NCBI RefSeq assembly: GCF_009914755.1
Contig: NC_060947.1
Reading direction: 5' to 3' (one strand)
From: the human T2T-CHM13v2.0 reference genome, Homo sapiens
DNA length: 64,000 bases
Position 1 is the stretch's first letter; every line of letters begins with the position of its first letter. Made by a program: the position numbers and the translations under genes. Under the pieces are notes generated by a model. It was not told where the DNA came from. It saw only the letters and a list, made by a program, of their open reading frames with translations, and searched no databases. This document shows positions 60,745 to 64,000 of the stretch, piece after piece.

Positions 60745-61280
60745 GAGCAGCTCAGTCTGGGCTCATCTTACATTAGAATCACCTGAGGAGCTTTCAAAAC
60801 ATGTCAATGCCCAGGTTACTCTCTGAGGTCCTGATTTAATTGGCTTGGGAAAGGCCCTGGGCATCTGACACATTTTTAAACCTTCCCCCGTGTGGCTCAT
60901 GTGAGCCAGGGATGAGAATCGAGTTAGATTAGCGCCTTTCTCCTCAAAGTGTGGCCCTTAGACCAGCAGTGTCAGTTTCACCTGGAAGCCTACTACAATG
61001 GGGACGCTCAGGTCTTGTTGCAGATGTACTGAAGCAGATTGCACCTTTCAGTGAGATCCAGGTGTTTTGTATGCATGTTAAAGTTTGAGAAGTACTGAGG
61101 TAGAGCTGCTCTATAACATATAGTAGCCACTAGCTACTTGTACTTTGTTAAGTCAGTTCCTCAGCTGCACAAGCCCTATTTCATGTGCTCAATAGCCACA
61201 TGTGCTAGTGGCTGCCAAATCGGACAACACAAATATAGAGCATTTCTGTCATGGCGGAAAGAGCTGCTGGGAAGTGCTGG
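60745..61280. mobile_element. Cluster of hAT-Charlie MITEs (two MER5-like plus a MER3/MER33-like)
   Basis: 'cattagaatcacctgaggagct', 'ctcaaagtgtgg...agaccagcag' and 'tgctcaatagccacatgtgctagtggct'. Confidence 0.65.
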
Positions 61281-61593
61281 GCTAGAGAATTAAATGAGCA
61301 GTAGCCCTTGATTCCAAGGAAGGGTGACAGGGAACAGAGGTGCAGACTGCTGGGTCCAGCTGTTCTTCCAGGTGTGGTGGTCTTCCTTCAGCCTTGGAGA
61401 ACTGAGATTGAGTTTATGAAGAGCCAACAGCTTTCCTTGTGGATATAATTAGTCAAGATAGAGAAAATTGAGGTGGTGCAGCCTTTAGGCAAGACCCTGA
61501 GAAGTTTTATTTCTGATCTGTTGCATTTTGTATGCCTGAGAAACGTGCTAGCAGAATAGGAGTGCTGGGGAGAAGGCTGCAATGTGACATCAC

Positions 61594-61910
<317 letters not shown>

Positions 61911-63799
61911 TGAGAGTGACAAGAGGCACTGCCAATAATGATTCCAAGACAACAAGCATACACTGGGACTTTCCAGGCCAACCAGGACATATGGTCACCT
62001 AGGCTGAGGGTGAAAGAGAACTGCAGGTATGAGAGTTAACACAAAGACAGTAGCACACAGAGCGGACGAGATGACCCAGCTGGATATAGAGTAAGAAAAA
62101 AAAAAAAGACAATTTAGAGGGCGAACAGAGCAGGAGCATCTCCAGAGAGGAGGGACATAAATGGTCAGAGATAGGACAAGGAGTCAGAAGTGAAAAGGAT
62201 CCTAGAATTCTTTAGAGGGAGGCAAGGAATGAGAGGGAGTAGCAACTGAACATGATCTTGGAGGAGGTGTGGGGCAGGACCAGGACTACGTGAGGCCAGA
62301 GAGTACTTACTCGGCTTACAGGACCCTGAGAGGGAGTGCCCCCTTCCATTTCGCACCCTGGTCATCTCTTTTGTTTTATGCTAGTCTCGACCCTAGTGAA
62401 GAGGTGGGAATCTTCTGAAACATGAATGAGAGAGTGATGATAATAGATAAATGTGGAAGTGGGATATCAAGAAACAGAGGGGAGTCCCTGCCTGGTGTGC
62501 TGTTTGTTCTGCAGAAATGGGGTCGGGAAATTTGATGAAGAAAAGCTTTGGCCTGATTCCCATGGAGAATAGCGTAAGGAATTTTTTTTTTTTGCAGCCC
62601 TGAGATCTTGGCAACCAGCACATTATCTTACTGCTTTTCACTTCAAGAACCTGAAGTTAGAAGTGAAGTGCTTTGCCCCCACTACACTGGAGGTTGGTAG
62701 GAGGTGGGTAAGGTGGCAGTGGGACTAAAGTATAGATCTTCAGAGAGCGACAGAGAGTGGCCTTGAGTCCCAGTGTCCGGGCTCAAACATGGCTCCATCA
62801 CTTCCCGGTTGGGTAACTTAAGGAAAGGGGCTTATCTCCATGTCTCTGTTTCCCGATTCTTAAACGAGGGATTATGGGGTTCCTTTGAGGGTGATCAAAA
62901 TGTTTTGGAAATAGAGCTGGTGGTTGCCCAATGTGGTGAATAGACTAAATGTCACTAAATTGTTGACCTTAAAATGGTTCATTTTATGCTATGCAAATTT
63001 AATCTCAATTTTAAAAGAGGGATGACTACATCAACTTTGTAGGGTTATTTTGGGATTAAATGGGTCAATCCACATTAAGCAATTAGAACCAAGCCTGGCA
63101 TATGGTAAGCCCTCCAGTGACACTGATTATGAATATATCCTGGGCCAGCTGCTTCATTACATGTAAGTGCCATGAAAATGTGCTCAAGGGATCCAGACAA
63201 CTCAAATGTCTCCATTTTTGCCTAATGAATGATTAAACACCAAACATTTATATTTAAAAATGTATTTCCTTTTAGAATGTGTCTGGAGTATCATGTCCTT
63301 CACATTGAAACAGCAAGTTCCTGTTTCATTAAGCTGTACTTTGTCTTTTAAAAATTAAATACAGCATTAAAAAAAGACGACTGCTTTAAATGGCAAAAAA
63401 ACAGTCATCTTTTCTTACCCTGAGCAATAACACGAGAATACTTAATAGTACATATTGTGCAAAAAGATATTTCAAATTGAGCTGCCAGCAATTTACAACG
63501 GATATATTAACACTTTTTATTCAAAAAGTGTGAGATTAAGAAAGACATTAGGAGGCAGTCAAAATCTTTAACAGTTTGTAAATAGATACAAATAAAGATT
63601 AAGGCTCCTTTCTTGAAATAAAATGAAACATTTTCATTTTTTAAAAAGCCTACACTTTTCTAGGGCTTAAGGAGAAAAATGTAACAACAAAAACTATATT
63701 GGGGAAAATTAACACAGCAAATGGCATATTCCTTGACAATTAGATTCAATAAATATTCACTGAGCACTGACTATACTCAACACATTCTGGAAGGTGCTA

Positions 63800-64000
<201 letters not shown>

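Overview
Primate (very probably human) genomic DNA from the GPM6B locus (proteolipid/M6 family, Xp22.2), with the gene on the minus strand. The only coding sequence I can support is an alternative first coding exon at 6334->6274 (-). It encodes MKPAMETAAEENTEQSQERK, ends in a phase-1 GT donor, and is too short to appear in the ORF track. Its uORF-rich leader and promoter lie at about 6.3-6.9 kb. Positions 1-6273 are the following intron. Positions about 6.9-64 kb are upstream of this promoter and, from recalled GPM6B structure, inside the large first intron of a distal-promoter transcript. The rest is a typical interspersed-repeat landscape: about 24 Alu/FLAM/FRAM copies, L1, L2, L3/CR1 and MIR fragments, MaLR/ERV LTRs, and hAT/Tigger/mariner DNA elements. 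Repeat families were recognised by eye, so subfamily calls and edges are approximate. None of the supplied ORFs looks like a real gene. I found no convincing novel biological system. The best second-look items are a ~100-bp-arm inverted duplication (30.3-30.7 kb), a young 93-bp tandem duplication (35.0 kb), three uORFs in the GPM6B leader, two MADE2 MITEs bracketing the promoter, and several candidate enhancer motifs.
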